Source of the DNA: Phyllobates terribilis
Lineage: Eukaryota
Direction: 5' to 3'
NCBI RefSeq assembly: GCF_046119375.1
Contig: NW_027362774.1
Span: 30,380,001-30,444,000, forward strand
DNA: 64,000 nucleotides
Position numbers and translations under genes: made by a program. Under the pieces are notes generated by a model. That model did no database searches. It saw only the letters and a program-made list of their open reading frames with translations, and was not told the origin of the DNA. Below, one piece after another: positions 13,341 through 27,100 of the stretch. Within the stretch, counting starts at the first letter, position 1; each line of letters begins with the position of its first letter.

Positions 13341-13824
13341 AGTCCACAAAGACGACGGCAGCTTTAGTTCTCTTCATATAAACTCGATCACAATTGGCGC
13401 AGAATAACATCCATAGTCAGAATTCAGATCTAAGGAGCCGAGCGCCGGGACTGCCTCAGTGCGATAAGACGACACCATCAGGCACCAAACTCCAGCTCCT
13501 AAGTCATTCCATGCTTCATTGTGAATGCAGCTCTGGCTGTGACTGGAGTAGAAAGCATTTTCAGTTTGCACCTGGACTCAAGCTGCATTTACACGCTGCG
13601 CTATCTGGAGCTGGCGGATCGTCAGGGGTTAAATATCCGATGTGACCGCAAACCGTCCACTACATGTGGCGACACAAACATCTCCAGGACACCGAGCCGC
13701 CACCAGGAGGGGGAGACACCGAGCCGCCTGCTCAGGTTACACGAGCGCAACGTGAGGAATGTGAACCACAAGCAGATGTGCGTCACCAACACGACACCGC
13801 CGCTCCCGACCATCAGCCACGTGC

Positions 13825-14965
13825 ACAGGTTACTGGAGACAGTCAGCATGCCGCAGGTTACTGGAGACAGTCAGCATGCCGCAGGTTACTGGAGACAGTC
13901 AGCACGCCGCAGGTTACTGGAGACAGTCAGCACGCCGCAGGTTACTGGAGACAGTCAGCACGCCGCAGGTTACTGGAGACAGTCAGCACGCCGCAGGTTA
14001 CTGGAGACAGTCAGCACGCCGCAGGTTACTGGAGACAGTCAGCACGCCGCAGGTTACTGGAGACAGCCAGCACGCCGCAGGTTACTGGAGACAGCCAGCA
14101 CGCCGCAGGTTACTGGAGACAGCCAGCACGCCGCAGGTTACTGGAGACAGCCAGCACGCCGCAGGTTACTGGAGACAGCCAGCACGCCGCAGGTTACTGG
14201 ACACAGTCAGCACGCCGCAGGTTACTGGACACAGTCAGCACGCCGCAGGTTACTGGACACAGTCAGCACGCCGCAGGTTACTGGAGACAGCCAGCACGCC
14301 GCAGGTTACTGGAGACAGTCAGCACGCCGCAGGTTACTGGAGACAGTCAGCACGCCGCAGGTTACTGGAGACAGTCAGCACGCCGCAGGTTACTGGAGAC
14401 AGCCAGCACGCCGCAGGTTACTGGAGACAGTCAGCACGCCGCAGGTTACTGGAGACAGTCAGCAAGCCGCAGGTTACTGGAGACAGTCAGCAAGCCGCAG
14501 GTTACTGGAGACAGTCAGCAAGCCGCAGGTTACTGGAGACAGCCAGCACGCCGCAGGTTACTGGAGACAGCCAGCACGCCGCAGGTTACTGGAGACAGCC
14601 AGCACGCCGCAGGTTACTGGAGACAGCCAGCACGCCGCAGGTTACTGGAGACAGTCAGCACGCCGCAGGTTACTGGAGACAGTCAGCACGCCGCAGGTTA
14701 CTGGACACAGCCAGCACGCCGCAGGTTACTGGAGACAGCCAGCACGCCGCAGGTTACTGGAGACAGTCAGCACGCCGCAGGTTACTGGAGACAGTCAGCA
14801 CGCCGCAGGTTACTGGACACAGTCAGCACGCCGCAGGTTACTGGACACAGTCAGCACGCCGCAGGTTACTGGACACAGTCAGCACGCCGCAGGTTACTGG
14901 AGACAGCCAGCACGCCGCAGGTTACTGGAGACAGTCAGCACGCCGCAGGTTACTGGACACAGTCA
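13825..14965. repeat. 28-bp minisatellite
   Basis: Unit GCAGGTTACTGGAGACAGTCAGCACGCC; stop-free in all three plus frames, giving 370-499 aa artefact ORFs. Confidence 0.98.
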
Positions 14966-15009
14966 TCATGCAGGTGGACAGCACCTGAGCAAGCAGGAAC
15001 TGCTGGAAG

Positions 15010-15635
15010 AAGCAGAATAGTGAGCGCAGCTCTGGGGTATAATACAGGAGGTAACTCAGGATCAGTAATGTAATGTATGTACACAGTGACTGCACCAGCA
15101 GAATAGTGAGCGCAGCTCTGGGGTATAATACAGGAGGTAACTCAGGATCAGTAATGTAATGTATGTACACAGTGACTGCACCAGCAGAATAGTGAGTGCA
15201 GCTCTGGAGTATAATACAGGATGTGACTCAGGATCAGTAATGTAATGTATGTACACAGTGACTGCACCAGCAGAATAGTGAGTGCAGCTCTGGAGTATAA
15301 TACAGGATGTAACTCAGGATCAGTAATGTATGTACACAGTGACTGCACCAGCAGAATAGTGAGCGCAGCTCTGGGGTATAATACAGGAGGTAACTCAGGA
15401 TCAGTAATGTAATGTATGTACACAGTGACTGCACCAGCAGAATAGTGAGCGCAGCTCTGGGGTATAATACAGGAGGTAACTCAGGATCAGTAATGTAATG
15501 TATGTACACAGTGACTGCACCAGCAGAATAGTGAGTGCAGCTCTGGAGTATAATACAGGAGGTAACTCAGGATCAGTAATGTAATGTATGTACACAGTGA
15601 CTGCACCAGCAGAATAGTGAGTGCAGCTCTGGAGG
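15010..15635. repeat. 86-bp minisatellite (GCAGCTCTGG-core family)
   Basis: Unit CAGCAGAATAGTGAGTGCAGCTCTGGAGTATAATACAGGATGTAACTCAGGATCAGTAATGTAATGTATGTACACAGTGACTGCAC; ORF starts spaced 86 bp apart. Confidence 0.96.
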
Positions 15636-15703
15636 GTATATATATTTCATCATATTACGACCAGGGGACACGGTGTGCGGACCCCTTAGCTGTCGGCTCG
15701 CCC

Positions 15704-15866
15704 NNNNNNNNNNNNNNNNNNNNNNNNNNNNNNNNNNNNNNNNNNNNNNNNNNNNNNNNNNNNNNNNNNNNNNNNNNNNNNNNNNNNNNNNNNNNNNNNN
15801 NNNNNNNNNNNNNNNNNNNNNNNNNNNNNNNNNNNNNNNNNNNNNNNNNNNNNNNNNNNNNNNNNN
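15704..15866. other. Assembly gap (163 N)
   Basis: N run; removes the outer end of the Tc1 left TIR. Confidence 1.
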
Positions 15867-17475
15867 TTGGACACACCTTCTCATTTAAAGATTTTTCTGT
15901 ATTTTCTTGACTATGAAAATTGTACATTCACACTGAAGGCATCAAAACTATGAATTACCACATGTGGAATTATATACTTAACAAAAAAGTGTGAAACAAC
16001 TGAAAATATGTCTTATATTCTAGGGTCTTCACAGTAGCCCCCTTTTGCTTTGATGACTGCTTTGCACACTCTTGGCATTCTCTTGATGAGCTTCAAGAGG
16101 TAGTCACCGGAAATGGTCTTCCAACAATCTTGAAGGAGCTCCCAGAGATGCTTAGCACTTGTTGGCCCTTTTGCCTTCACTCTGCGGTCCAGCTCACCCC
16201 AAACCATCTCGATTGGGTTCAAGTCTGGTGACTGTGGAGGCCAGGTCATCTGGGGTAGCCCCCCATCACTCTCCTTCTTGGTCAAATAGCCCTTACACAG
16301 CCTGGAGGTGTTTGGGGTCATTGTCCTGTTGAAAAATAAATGATGGTCCAACTAAACGCAAACCGGATGGAATAGCATGCCGCTGCAAGATGCTGTGGTA
16401 GCCATGCTGGTTCAGTATGCCATCAATTTTGAATAAATCCCCAACAGTGTCACCAGCAAAGCCCCCCCACACCATCACACCTCCTCCTCCATGCTTCACG
16501 GTGGGAACCAGGCATGTAGAGTCCATCCGTTCACCTTTTCTGCGTCGCACAAAGGCACGGTGGTTGGAACCAAAGATCTCAAATTTGGACTCATCAGACC
16601 AAAGCACAGATTTCCACTGGTCTAATGTCCATTCCTTGTGTTCTTTAGCCCAAACAAGTCTCTTCTGCTTGTTGCCTGTCCTTAGCAGTGGTTTCCTAGC
16701 AGCTATTTTACCATGAAGGCCTGCTGCACAAAGTCTCCTCTTAACAGTTGTTGCAGAGATGTGTCTGCTGCTAGAACTCTGTGTGGCATTGACCTGGTCT
16801 CTAATCTGAGCTGCTGTTAACCTGCGATTTCTGAGGCTGGTGACTCAGATAAACTTATCCTCAGAAGCAGAGGTGACTCTTGGTCTTCCTTTCCTGGGGC
16901 GGTCCTCATGTGAGCCAGTTTCTTTGTAGAGCTTGATGGTTTTTTGCAACTGCACTTGGGGACACTTTCAAAGTTTGCCCAATTTTTCGCACTGACTGAC
17001 CTTAATTTCTTAAAGTAATGATGGCCACTCGTTTTTCTTTACTTAGAATTTGTATTATGGCAAGTAAAAAGCAGCTAACAGTCTATTCAGTAGGACTATC
17101 AGCTGTGTATCCACCTGACTTCTGCACAACACAACTGATGGTCCCAACCCCATTTATAAGGCAAGAAATCCCACTTATTAAACCTGACAGGGCACACCTG
17201 TGAAGTGAAGACCATTTCCGGTGACTACCTCTTGAAGCTCATCAAGAGAATGCCAAGAGTGTGCAAAGCAGTCATCAAAGCAAAAGGTGGCTACTGTGAA
17301 GACCCTAGAATATAAGACATATTTTCAGTTGTTTCACACTTTTTTGTTAAGTATATAATTCCACATGTGGTAATTCATAGTTTTGATGCCTTCAGTGTGA
17401 ATGTACAATTTTCATAGTCATGAAAATACAGAAAAATCTTTAGATGAGGTGTGTCCAAACTTTTGGTCTGTACTG
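15867..17475 (-). mobile_element. Tc1/mariner DD38E (Intruder-type) transposon, defective copy 1
   Basis: About 270-bp TIRs (left partly in the N gap to 16121; right 17207-17475, ending ...GGTCTGTACTG then an AT run). Transposase motifs WSDESK, QQDNDPKH and WPPQSPDLNPIE; 38 residues between the second D and E once a 2-bp deletion is corrected. Nonsense codon, frameshift and inverted start region. Confidence 0.9.
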
Positions 17476-17744
17476 ATATATATATATAACCCATAGGCCT
17501 CAGAAACACAGGGTTAAGGTGCAGCTGCAGGACACGGTGTCCGTCTCTGGCTTCTTCCTATAGCTGGAAGCATTACATATCAGCCGTCTGCTGCACAGAT
17601 CATATGATCGTCATAAAGGAAAGGTGACTTGAGGTTCCTCTGTAAATAACAGGAGGCCGAGTATTTATACGACGGCTCGCAGCATTTCATCACCTCTGCC
17701 GCAGGCTCCGCACGATACCCGGCAATCGCCAAAATAGCAGTTAC

Positions 17745-17815
17745 CTAAATGGTACTAGCAGAAAGTGAGCTGTAAACGCAAGACAGAGCAACTGCGCGGG
17801 TGACCGTGCCGCCAT
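17745..17815 (-). CDS. Candidate first coding exon of an unidentified gene (MAARSPAQLLCLAFTAHFLLVPF, signal-peptide-like)
   Basis: Strong Kozak AGGATGG at 17815, hydrophobic 23-mer, donor AG|GTAACT (phase 2). No homology recognised. Confidence 0.3.
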
Positions 17816-17969
17816 CCTGACAGATCTACGGCTGCGGGGAGAGATCTGTACAGGAATAAGACGGATCCCCCAGCAGCAGATGGTGACAATGAGGAGCCCA
17901 GACAGCGCTGCCGCCTGCGCCAACCTCCGGCCGGACAGGAGACTTGTACACAGCAGGTAGAAAAACGCA

Positions 17970-17975
17970 TTTATT
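17970..17975 (-). terminator. SF3B3 polyadenylation signal AATAAA
   Basis: TTTATT on plus, about 200 nt downstream of the SF3B3 stop. Confidence 0.65.
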
Positions 17976-18169
17976 GTGCCCGTGTCCGGGCGGCCGGAGA
18001 ACAACCTGACAAAAGAACGTTAAAAAAAAAAAATAATTCATTTTACAAAAACTATTTACAAAGTCAAGAAATCACGAGCCAGAACCAGGGTGAAAGTCAC
18101 TGGTGCAAGATGGAGCCGCGGGGGGTACAGGACCCCCGCCACAAGCCAGGAAGACCCAGGTGGGCCTCA

Positions 18170-21100
18170 TTAGAAGGCATAGCGAGTACGGATGTCTTCC
18201 AGCTTCTTGGAGACCTCGGGGGGCGTCCGGTCCAGCTCCTCGGCCACGCTCTTCTGCTTCATGGGCTCCATGGAGTTGAACTGTTCACACAAGTCTCCAT
18301 CAATCACATTCTGAGGGAAAAAGAGGCGACATGTCACAAGATTCAGCCTCCAGCAAGAGCCGTCCTGCAGAGCGATGCGTCTCCATGGTTACAGATGAGC
18401 CTTGGGTGGTCCGATCCTGCCATCGCGCCCCAGACAAGCAGCGGCACAGACTGTGCTCCTGGGCGTTTTATCTACCAGCCGGGGAGTGCGACCCCAGATG
18501 CAGCAACAGAAGAGAAGACCACCACCTACCTTTACCGGGAAGTAATAGGAGCGGAAGCTGAGGTGGTCTCGCCCACAGATGGGGGGATGCTCGGAGCGCA
18601 GGTGCATCTCTACGTGCTGGAAGAAATCATGATCCTGTGGAGAGTGAAAGATTCAGTGTCCTGGACAAGGTCCGCAAACTAAACAGGGCGGCGAGCCCCC
18701 CACGGCCAACATCATTATGAGCACCTCATTCACGAGCCAACACCAGGCGGCCAGTGGCCCGCAACTACGAGCCAACACCGGGCGGCCAGTGGCCCGCGGC
18801 TACGAGCCAACACCGGGCGGCCAGTGGCCCGCGGCTACGAGCCAACACCGGGCGGCCAGTGGCCCGCGGCTACGAGCCAACACCGGGCGGCCAGTGGCCC
18901 GCGGCTACGAGCCAACACCGGGCGGCCAGTGGCCCGCGGCTACGAGCCAACACCGGGCGGCCAGTGGCCCGCACCCTCCTGAGATCCCGAGTGATACAAA
19001 CACATTCACCTCATGGGAAGTAAATGGGACCAGGATGCCGATGCCCCCGGATAAGGTGGTGTAGACCAGAGACTCCGAGCCCCCGGGGATGAGTGTCGTC
19101 TTCTGCAGTGACAGCACCGTCTCGCCTACGTGATAGTTCATAATCACCTCTGCCTGTGGGATGAAGGATCAGTAAGGACAGAATTGACAGATACAAGAGG
19201 CGCTGCAGCAGCATCCTCCGCATGTACATCACCTTCTGAGAGGCCCCGTTCAGCAGCCCCCTGTCCCACAATGCCTTGTTACCAGTCGGATCTTCATCAA
19301 CATCATCATTTATATTGGGAGGAAGCCGAACCTGCAGTGGATGGAGAGAGCGATGAGGGGCGCCCGGCACATACTACAGGCGCGGACCCTGCAGCCGGCC
19401 CCACGGCCCCCGACACTGTACATCAGCAGGAGGCCGTCAGCAAGGATGGCAGTCCACTACTCACCACACAGATGTTTCCAAACTTGTCGGCGCCAGCGAC
19501 CGTGTCGTAGTCCAGCAGCGAAGCGTTTGTGACCCAGCGAGGATACGTGTCGTCAGCAAAGATGATCAGCTGGTTCTCATTGCGCTTGTAGCGCACCCAG
19601 ATGAAGCTCTCCTGCACGTCCGACACGATGACGCGCTGCCCGATGGTCTGGATGCCCACAATGAAGTTTGCGATGTGCTGTGAATGGAGAAGGGGATTTA
19701 CTAACGGAGGGTGGCGGACGCGCGGCGGGTCAGGCGGAGGGTGTGGCGGACGCGCGGCGGGTCAGGCGGAGGGTGTGGCGGACGCGCGGCGGGTCAGGCG
19801 GAGGGTGTGGCGGACGCGCGGCGGGTCAGGCGGAGGGTGTGGCGGACGCGCGGCGGGTCAGGCGGAGGGTGTGGCGGACGCGCGGCGGGTCAGGCGGAGG
19901 GTGTGGCGGACGCGCGGCGGGTCAGGCGGAGGGTGTGGCGGACGCGCGGCGGGTCAGGCGGAGGGTGTGGCGGACGCGCGGCGGGTCAGGCGGAGGGTGT
20001 GGCGGACGCGCGGCGGGTCAGGCGGAGGGTGTGGCGGACGCGCGGCGGGTCAGGCGGAGGGTGTGGCGGGTCAGGCGGACGCGCGGCGGGTCAGGCGGAC
20101 GCGCGGCGGGTCAGGCGGACGCGCGGCGGGTCAGGCGGACGCGCGGCGGGTCAGGCGGACGCGCGGCGGGTCAGGCGGACGCGCGGCGGGTCAGGCGGAC
20201 GCGCGGCGGGTCAGGCGGACGCGCGGCGGGTCAGGCGGACGCGCGGCGGGTCAGGCGGACGCGCGGCGGGTCAGGCGGACGCGCGGCGGGTCAGGCGGAC
20301 GCGCGGCGGGTCAGGCGGACGCGCGGCGGGTCAGGCGGACGCGCGGCGGGTCAGGCGGACGCGCGGCGGGTCAGGCGGACGCGCGGCGGGTCAGGCGGAC
20401 GCGCGGCGGGTCAGGCGGACGCGCGGCGGGTCAGGCGGACGCGCGGCGGACGCACGGCGGGTCGCGGACGCACGGCGGGTCGCGGACGCACCTTGTTTTC
20501 ACATTTCCTCAGGAGCTTCTTCTTCCCCAAATCATAAACTCTCAGCAGTTTCCCAACTCCTATCAAGACTCGACCTTGGAAAGGAGCGATGGCGGCTGGA
20601 ACTTCCTCTACGGGGGTCTTCAGGGAAAAGGCACAGTTTGATACTTATTGCTCTGGAGGGAATGGCTGGTGCCCACCCCCGATGCCCCCATACAAACCTT
20701 GTGCATAAACTCCAGCTTCTCGCCATTGTTCACCAGCTTGTACGTATACACCAGTCCTCCGGCCACGGAGCGGGGGTTCAGGATAAGGTCCTTGGCCACG
20801 CCGACCAGGACGTACCAATCATCTCCAGTGTTGTTGAAGCGACACACTGCCACGCTGCCAGGGATAAGCGTACATTAGCCTCATACAGACGTATCAGGGA
20901 CCCCCTTCCAGGAGCGGAGGACCCCCCTCACCTGAACGCGGCTTCGTTCTGCTCCAGCTGCACCAGGTCCAGCGTGTTCCCCTGGATGGGGTTCATCACC
21001 CGGATCACAGACGCCCACTGACCATTTCCAGCTTTCGGGGCTCCAAAGATGGACTCTGGCAGGTTCTCATTGAGGAAAGCAGCCGCCATCTCCGCAGCCA

Positions 21101-24100
21101 GCTCTCGCTCGTCCTCTCCTGCAGCTTCTACCATTTCCTACAAGAATCATTGGTGATCTGGGGTCACCGCACACTCCCGGCCCGAGAAGGGTGGTCTCAC
21201 CCTGCGGCTGGGCCATGGCTGCTGGCGGCTTACCTCGGCCATCTGCTGCTTGCGCTGGGCCTTGATGGCCTCCGTGTACGCGTTGTGGTCCGTCTCTATG
21301 ATTATCAGGTTGCTACTCTCAGGATGGATCACAAACTTTCGTGGCGTGTACTGAAGAGGGAACGCCACCTGGTTAAAGACCGCACCCAACTTCTCCAGCG
21401 CCAAGATCCTGGCGGGGGACAAACAGGAGTGTTGGAAGGGCCACAGTCACGCGGGCCACAGTCACGCGGGCCACCGTCACACGCCAGTATGTGTGGCCCG
21501 AACTACAGGCGGCAGGAACAGACACCATCATTTCACAGAAATAAACACTGAATACGGGCAGGAAGGGCAGCACCGCACACCATGAAGGGGCCGCCCTCTG
21601 CCCTGCGATATCCGGGGGCGACATATTGCTCGGTGAATGGACATCGAGTATCCAACTGTCACAGGACCTGAAAATGGCCGATCCTGCGAATGTCAGACCC
21701 CACCTATCTGATACGGACCTAAAATCCTAGCTGTGGACCCCCATTTTAATGCTTGGAAACAATAAAGGCAATGTTGGGCTTAGAGACGAGTTCAACCATT
21801 ACCGCAGTACGAGGGGTCACAGGTGGAGACCCCACAATCCTCCGGCTGTGACCCACGACTGAGCACCCGATGGCGTCGGCACTCACCTCAGGGTGTTGGT
21901 GGATATGGCCACGATGCCCTCTGGACACTGCTCGGAGGCGAAGCCAGACGCGTACTCCAGAGTCTCATACGAGAGGGGGGTGAGGTGGAAACGAGACTGG
22001 TAAGAATAGCTGAGCCAGGAGCGGCTGGACATGGCGAGGACCTGAACACAGGAGCGTTTATATCACGCCATGAAGAGAGATGCATCCCCCGCACTAGGCA
22101 AACCCGCCACCCCCCCTCAATCAGCATCCCCCCCGCCACCCCCACACTCAGCAGCATGCCCGCAATCGCCACCCTCACACTCAGCAGCATCCCCGCAATC
22201 GCCACCCTCACACTCAGCAGCATCCCCGCAATCGCCACCCTCACACTCAGCAGCATCCCCGCAATCGCCACCCTCACACTCAGCAGCATCCCCGCAATCG
22301 CCACCCTCACACTCAGCAGCATCCCCGCAATCGCCACCCTCACACTCAGCAGCATCCCCGCAATCGCCACCCTCACACTCAGCAGCATCCCCCCGCCACC
22401 CCCGCAATCAGCAGCATCCCCGCAATCACCACCAGAGCACTTAGCAGCATCCCCCGCCACCCCCGCAATCAGCTGCCGCTCCGCCACCTCCCGCAATCAG
22501 CATCCCCCCGCAATCAGCAGCATCCCCGCAATCACCACCAGAGCACTTAGCAGCATCCCCCGCAATCAGCTGCCGCTCCGCCACCTCCCGCAATCAGCTG
22601 CCGCTCCGCAATCAGCATCCCCCCGCAACCCTCACTCAGCATCCCCCCCGCCACCCCAACAATCAGCATCCCCGCAATCGCCACCCGAGCACTCAGCAGC
22701 ATCCCCCCCGCCACCCACAAACTCAGAAGTATCCCCCCCCGCCACCCCCACCCCAGCTCTCAGCAGCACCCGCCCCGCCACCCCACAATCCGCATCCCCC
22801 CACACTCAGCATCGCCTCCTTACTGCTTCTTGTCCTTGCATCCGCACACGAAACAACTTGACAGGACGGGAGCCGAGGTAACGAGTTCTGGTATCGGACA
22901 GGTCGCCGGTGACTGGATCCAGCACGGTCCTGAGCAGCACGCCGTTCTGTAGAGATTGAGGCTCACGTAAGACGCAGGGACGAGGCCTAACACCTCACCG
23001 GAGCCACAGGGGCAAGGACCTGCCGAAACCTCACCTGCAGCCCGATGTTGAGATAGAGGAATCCTATGGAGCCGCGCTCCCCGAGCTCGTCCTGCCGCTC
23101 CGCACCCCCCATCTCCACAATACACAGGGCCTCGGGCTGTGCGGGCAGCGCCTGCATACTGAGCGGCTGCAGACAGTCCTGTCAGAGAGGAGGGCGAGCG
23201 TTACACCCTGGCACTGTGCAATGGCTGCCACCAATCACAGACCCATCCGTCCTCCTTACCGACGGATCCAGAGAGATGATCCGGACCGTATTATCCACCA
23301 GCCCCACCGCCAAGAAGCGGGAGCGCTGCTCCCCCGGAGGCACGTTGGCCAGGCTCATGCACACCACGTCCGCAGACATCTCCTTCCTCTCCGTGTACTC
23401 GTTCAGCTGTCCTGACTGAGGGGAGACGTGAAGGACCATGAGGCGGGAACCCAGGAGAACGCAAATTACTCTGAAGGGAGCCGGGACTTACGGGGTCCAT
23501 CTCAAAGTAGACGAGCTCGCCCCCCGTCAGGGCGATCACCACCTGCCGCTGGTTCACCGCACACTTCACAATCATCTTCTTCCCCGGCGTCTTCCACTCG
23601 TTCACTCTCTTGTCTGCTCGAATGTGGCGGATGCCATCGGGATAGACCTGAAAGTACCAGAACTCGGGTAACGTCTTGCGATGCCCCATCACCCCCCGTC
23701 GTCATCATTCCCCCCCCGTCGTCAGCACCTACCTGGACCAGGGCATCCTCACCCAGCAGAGAGCAGGACAGGGTCGGGGTTGTTCCCAGAAACCCAGAAT
23801 CCGTCACTTCTTCTACCGTCTCCCCGATGGACAGTACCAGGGTGGCGTTCACGAAGGACACAATGATGTAGGCGTCGTACTCGTCTGTAAGAGGGAAGGT
23901 GACCGGGAGACCGGAGATTAGACGCTGCCCCCCCGGACCTCATCCATTACACAGAGCCCCAATATACAGTACCACGCCGTGCCAGGGACGTGTCCGAGCC
24001 ACCGGACAATGACAGGAAGCAGAGAACCTACACAAAGGAGCCAATCAGATGACAGCTTCACTTTAAGGGAATGTCCTCTCGTCTATTTACAGATCAGAGG

Positions 24101-27100
24101 ATCAGTGATATGCAAAATGACTCACCAGGTTCTACTCACCCTCCCTGGGTCCAGCACCATCTCCGCAGCAGCACTGCAGACAATCACTGACCTCAGCCGC
24201 TCGCGCCCTCTTCATTGGGTGAGCTGCTGCACTCAGTGACTGACTGCAGCGATGTTGAGGAGATGTCACTGCTGCAGACAACCAGGGAGGGCGAGTAGAG
24301 CTCAGTTTGACACGTCACTAACCCTATGGCCTAACGAAAGGTGAGAGGAGACCCTGCAAACACTGAATGACACAGTTTGGTTCCGAGTGTCCCCTCCAGG
24401 TTGGACCCCTCCCCGAGATATAAGGAAGTCCTCCGGATTCAGCAGGAGATCCGGCTGGTGCCAGACACACCGATGCCCCACAGGAAGGTGGTCCTGTCCG
24501 CCACGGCTCGTGTGGGCATCACCTGGGACAAGTCTGCTCCGTATAAGAAGCCCGGGCTTCCTATCAGGGGCCCCAAGTCTAAGGGCCCAGCTTACACGGA
24601 CCAACAGGCGACACCGTACGACCGCCGAGAAACTTACACCAATAGACGCTTGCCCGTTTACAGGTGCAGACCGAAGCAAACGATGCGGCAGCACAGATCT
24701 GTAATACACGGGCGGCCAGGGCTCTCGGCAGCACAGATCTGTAATACACGGGCGGCTAGGGCTCTCGGTATCACAGATCTGTAATACACGGGCAGCCACG
24801 GCTCTCGGCAGCACCGATCTTCAATACAGGAGCAGCCACGGCTTTCGGCAGCACAGATCTGTAATACACGGGCGGCCACGGCTCTCGGCAGCACAGATCT
24901 GTAATACACGGGCGGCCACGGCTCTCGGCAGCACAGATCTGTAATACACGGGCAGCCACGGCTCTCGGCATCACAGATCTGTAATACACGGGTGGCCACG
25001 GCTCTCGGCAGCACAGATCTGTAATACACGAACGACCACGGCTCTCTGCAGCACAGATCAGTAATACACGGGCAGCCACGGCTCTCGGCAGCACAGATCT
25101 GTAATACACGGGCAGCCACGGCTCTCGGCATCACAGATCTGTAATACACGGGTGGCCACGGCTCTCGGCAGCACAGATCTGTAATACACGAACGACCACG
25201 GCTCTCTGCAGCACAGATCAGTAATACACGGGCAGCCACGGCTCTCGGCAGCACAGATCTGTAATACACGGGCGACCACGGCTCTCGGCAGCACAGATCT
25301 GTAATACACAGGTGACCACAGCACTCGGCAGCACAGATCTGTAATACACGGGCGACCACGGCTCTCGGCAGCACAGATCTGTAATACAGGAGCAGCCACG
25401 GCTCTCGGCAGCACAGATCTGTAATACACAGGTGACCACAGCACTCGGCAGCACAGATCTGTAATACACGGGCGACCACGGCTCTCGGCAGCACATACCG
25501 GTCACAGCACTATGCACCACAGAGAAAGATTATCTTTTATGCTGTAGAAGAGACAGAATCACCCGGTGATTGAGCGTTTTGCTCGGCAGACTGTTCACAC
25601 GTCAGGATCAGCGTTATTAAACACTCGCTCTCGCTTATCCTGCCGTGTAAATGTCCCTTAAGAGGCAAATACACAGGTACTATAAAGCAGGCGCCCCACC
25701 CCCACCATCCTACTCGAGCGCTATGGTATGTGGTGGATGCACGGCGGGCGAATAGCGAGGAGACGTCAGCAGAGAGGAGGGATACACACCTGTGTGTGTG
25801 GAGGGGGGTTATACCAGCACCACCTCCACCAGCAAACACCTGTGGAAGAAAAACAGAGGCTCGGTATTGGGAGAGTATCACCAAGTACCAGCCAACGTTA
25901 GTATGAGCGCCAATGACATGTGACAGATGACGCCAGGACCAGACAGCGTCACCGCCGGGACCCTGCAGGGACCACCCATCAACCCAGGTAATACAAGGCC
26001 CCCTCACCTACAGCAGACGCTGTACCCAGGAGGACATCAGATTACATCTCTCCTCCTCAGATAATATTCTGCCAATGCCGGCTGCCCACACACAACCCCG
26101 CGCCAGTCACTGCCATACTACAGTGCCATGGTCGTACGCGACGTCACTGCTGCAAGAGGCTCATGGGGATCCGAGGACACTGTGGCGGGGGGGGGGGGGG
26201 GGGGGGGGGTGTTACATGGTGAGCACCATTTACATTGGTATTTTAGAAGGATTTTTGTTAATTTGGAAAGACCTTTTAATGACACATACTTGGGCTCTCA
26301 ATAACTACTACCCCCACTGTCTTCACCTGCTGGGAGACTAGGAACCTCATTATACAGCCATGATTGGTGGTCTAAAGGAGGACAGGCTGGTTACAAGCAC
26401 ATGAAGGACCCCAAAGAGGGAAGGAAACCGATGACCGCAGTACGGCTGCCACCCACGCCCATGCTGCCCTCTGCCCACCAGCACTAGAGGGGCCGCGCTA
26501 CCAACCTTCAATATGCCTCCGCACCGTCCACACAGCATTGGGGTTACCGGGCAGCTCCGACACAGCCATTTCAGAGACCTGGAGAGATGAAACAAGCCAT
26601 CAGCGTCCTGGAAGGATCTCTCCTCCACGGACATCACCAGACAGTGACTATCAGAATCTAACATCTTCTCCACGATGGAGGTCAGAGAAGAGACATGAGA
26701 ATTCATCAGCAAGACACAGAACAAGGCAGAAAGGAAGACGAGACCACATCATACCTCCAGTCCGTGTCTCAAGACCCTAAGTGATGAGCGCGGCCCCCGG
26801 CCACTAGCCACGTACAGCTGCGGAGTGTCCTCATTGGCCAAGTCAGCAATCTAAAGAAAGGACAGAGCTTGAATCCGGGTCACCGGGAGAAGCGCCAACC
26901 CCACCAGACACGGCCAGGTACTCCCCCCGCCAGACACGGCCGGGTACTCACCTGGCAGCACATGATCGGGGACAGACTGTCCTGCTCATCCACCAGCACC
27001 AGGTTCTTCAGAGGACGAGGCTGGAAAAAGAAGGTGTCCCCCTCTTCTAGGGGCATGGCAGAGGAGAACTCTGGCTCCTCATCGTCATCCCCCAGATGAG

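Noticed and set aside
13521-15073. Three overlapping 370-499 aa plus-strand ORFs
   Set aside because: The same 28-aa peptide appears in all three frames, the signature of a 28-bp tandem repeat.
600-17900. IL34 coding exons expected by synteny; weak resemblance of SFLISFLHDDRS to the CLEC18/CAP start
   Set aside because: No IL34 motifs (YMKHYFP, PKALLDNC) were seen, and the CAP H-N-x-x-R...M..L.W pattern is absent.
24302-24690. Unique-looking ORF segments in SF3B3 intron 11
   Set aside because: No recognisable domain or flanking splice signals; the ORF length is inflated by the adjacent 40-bp repeat.
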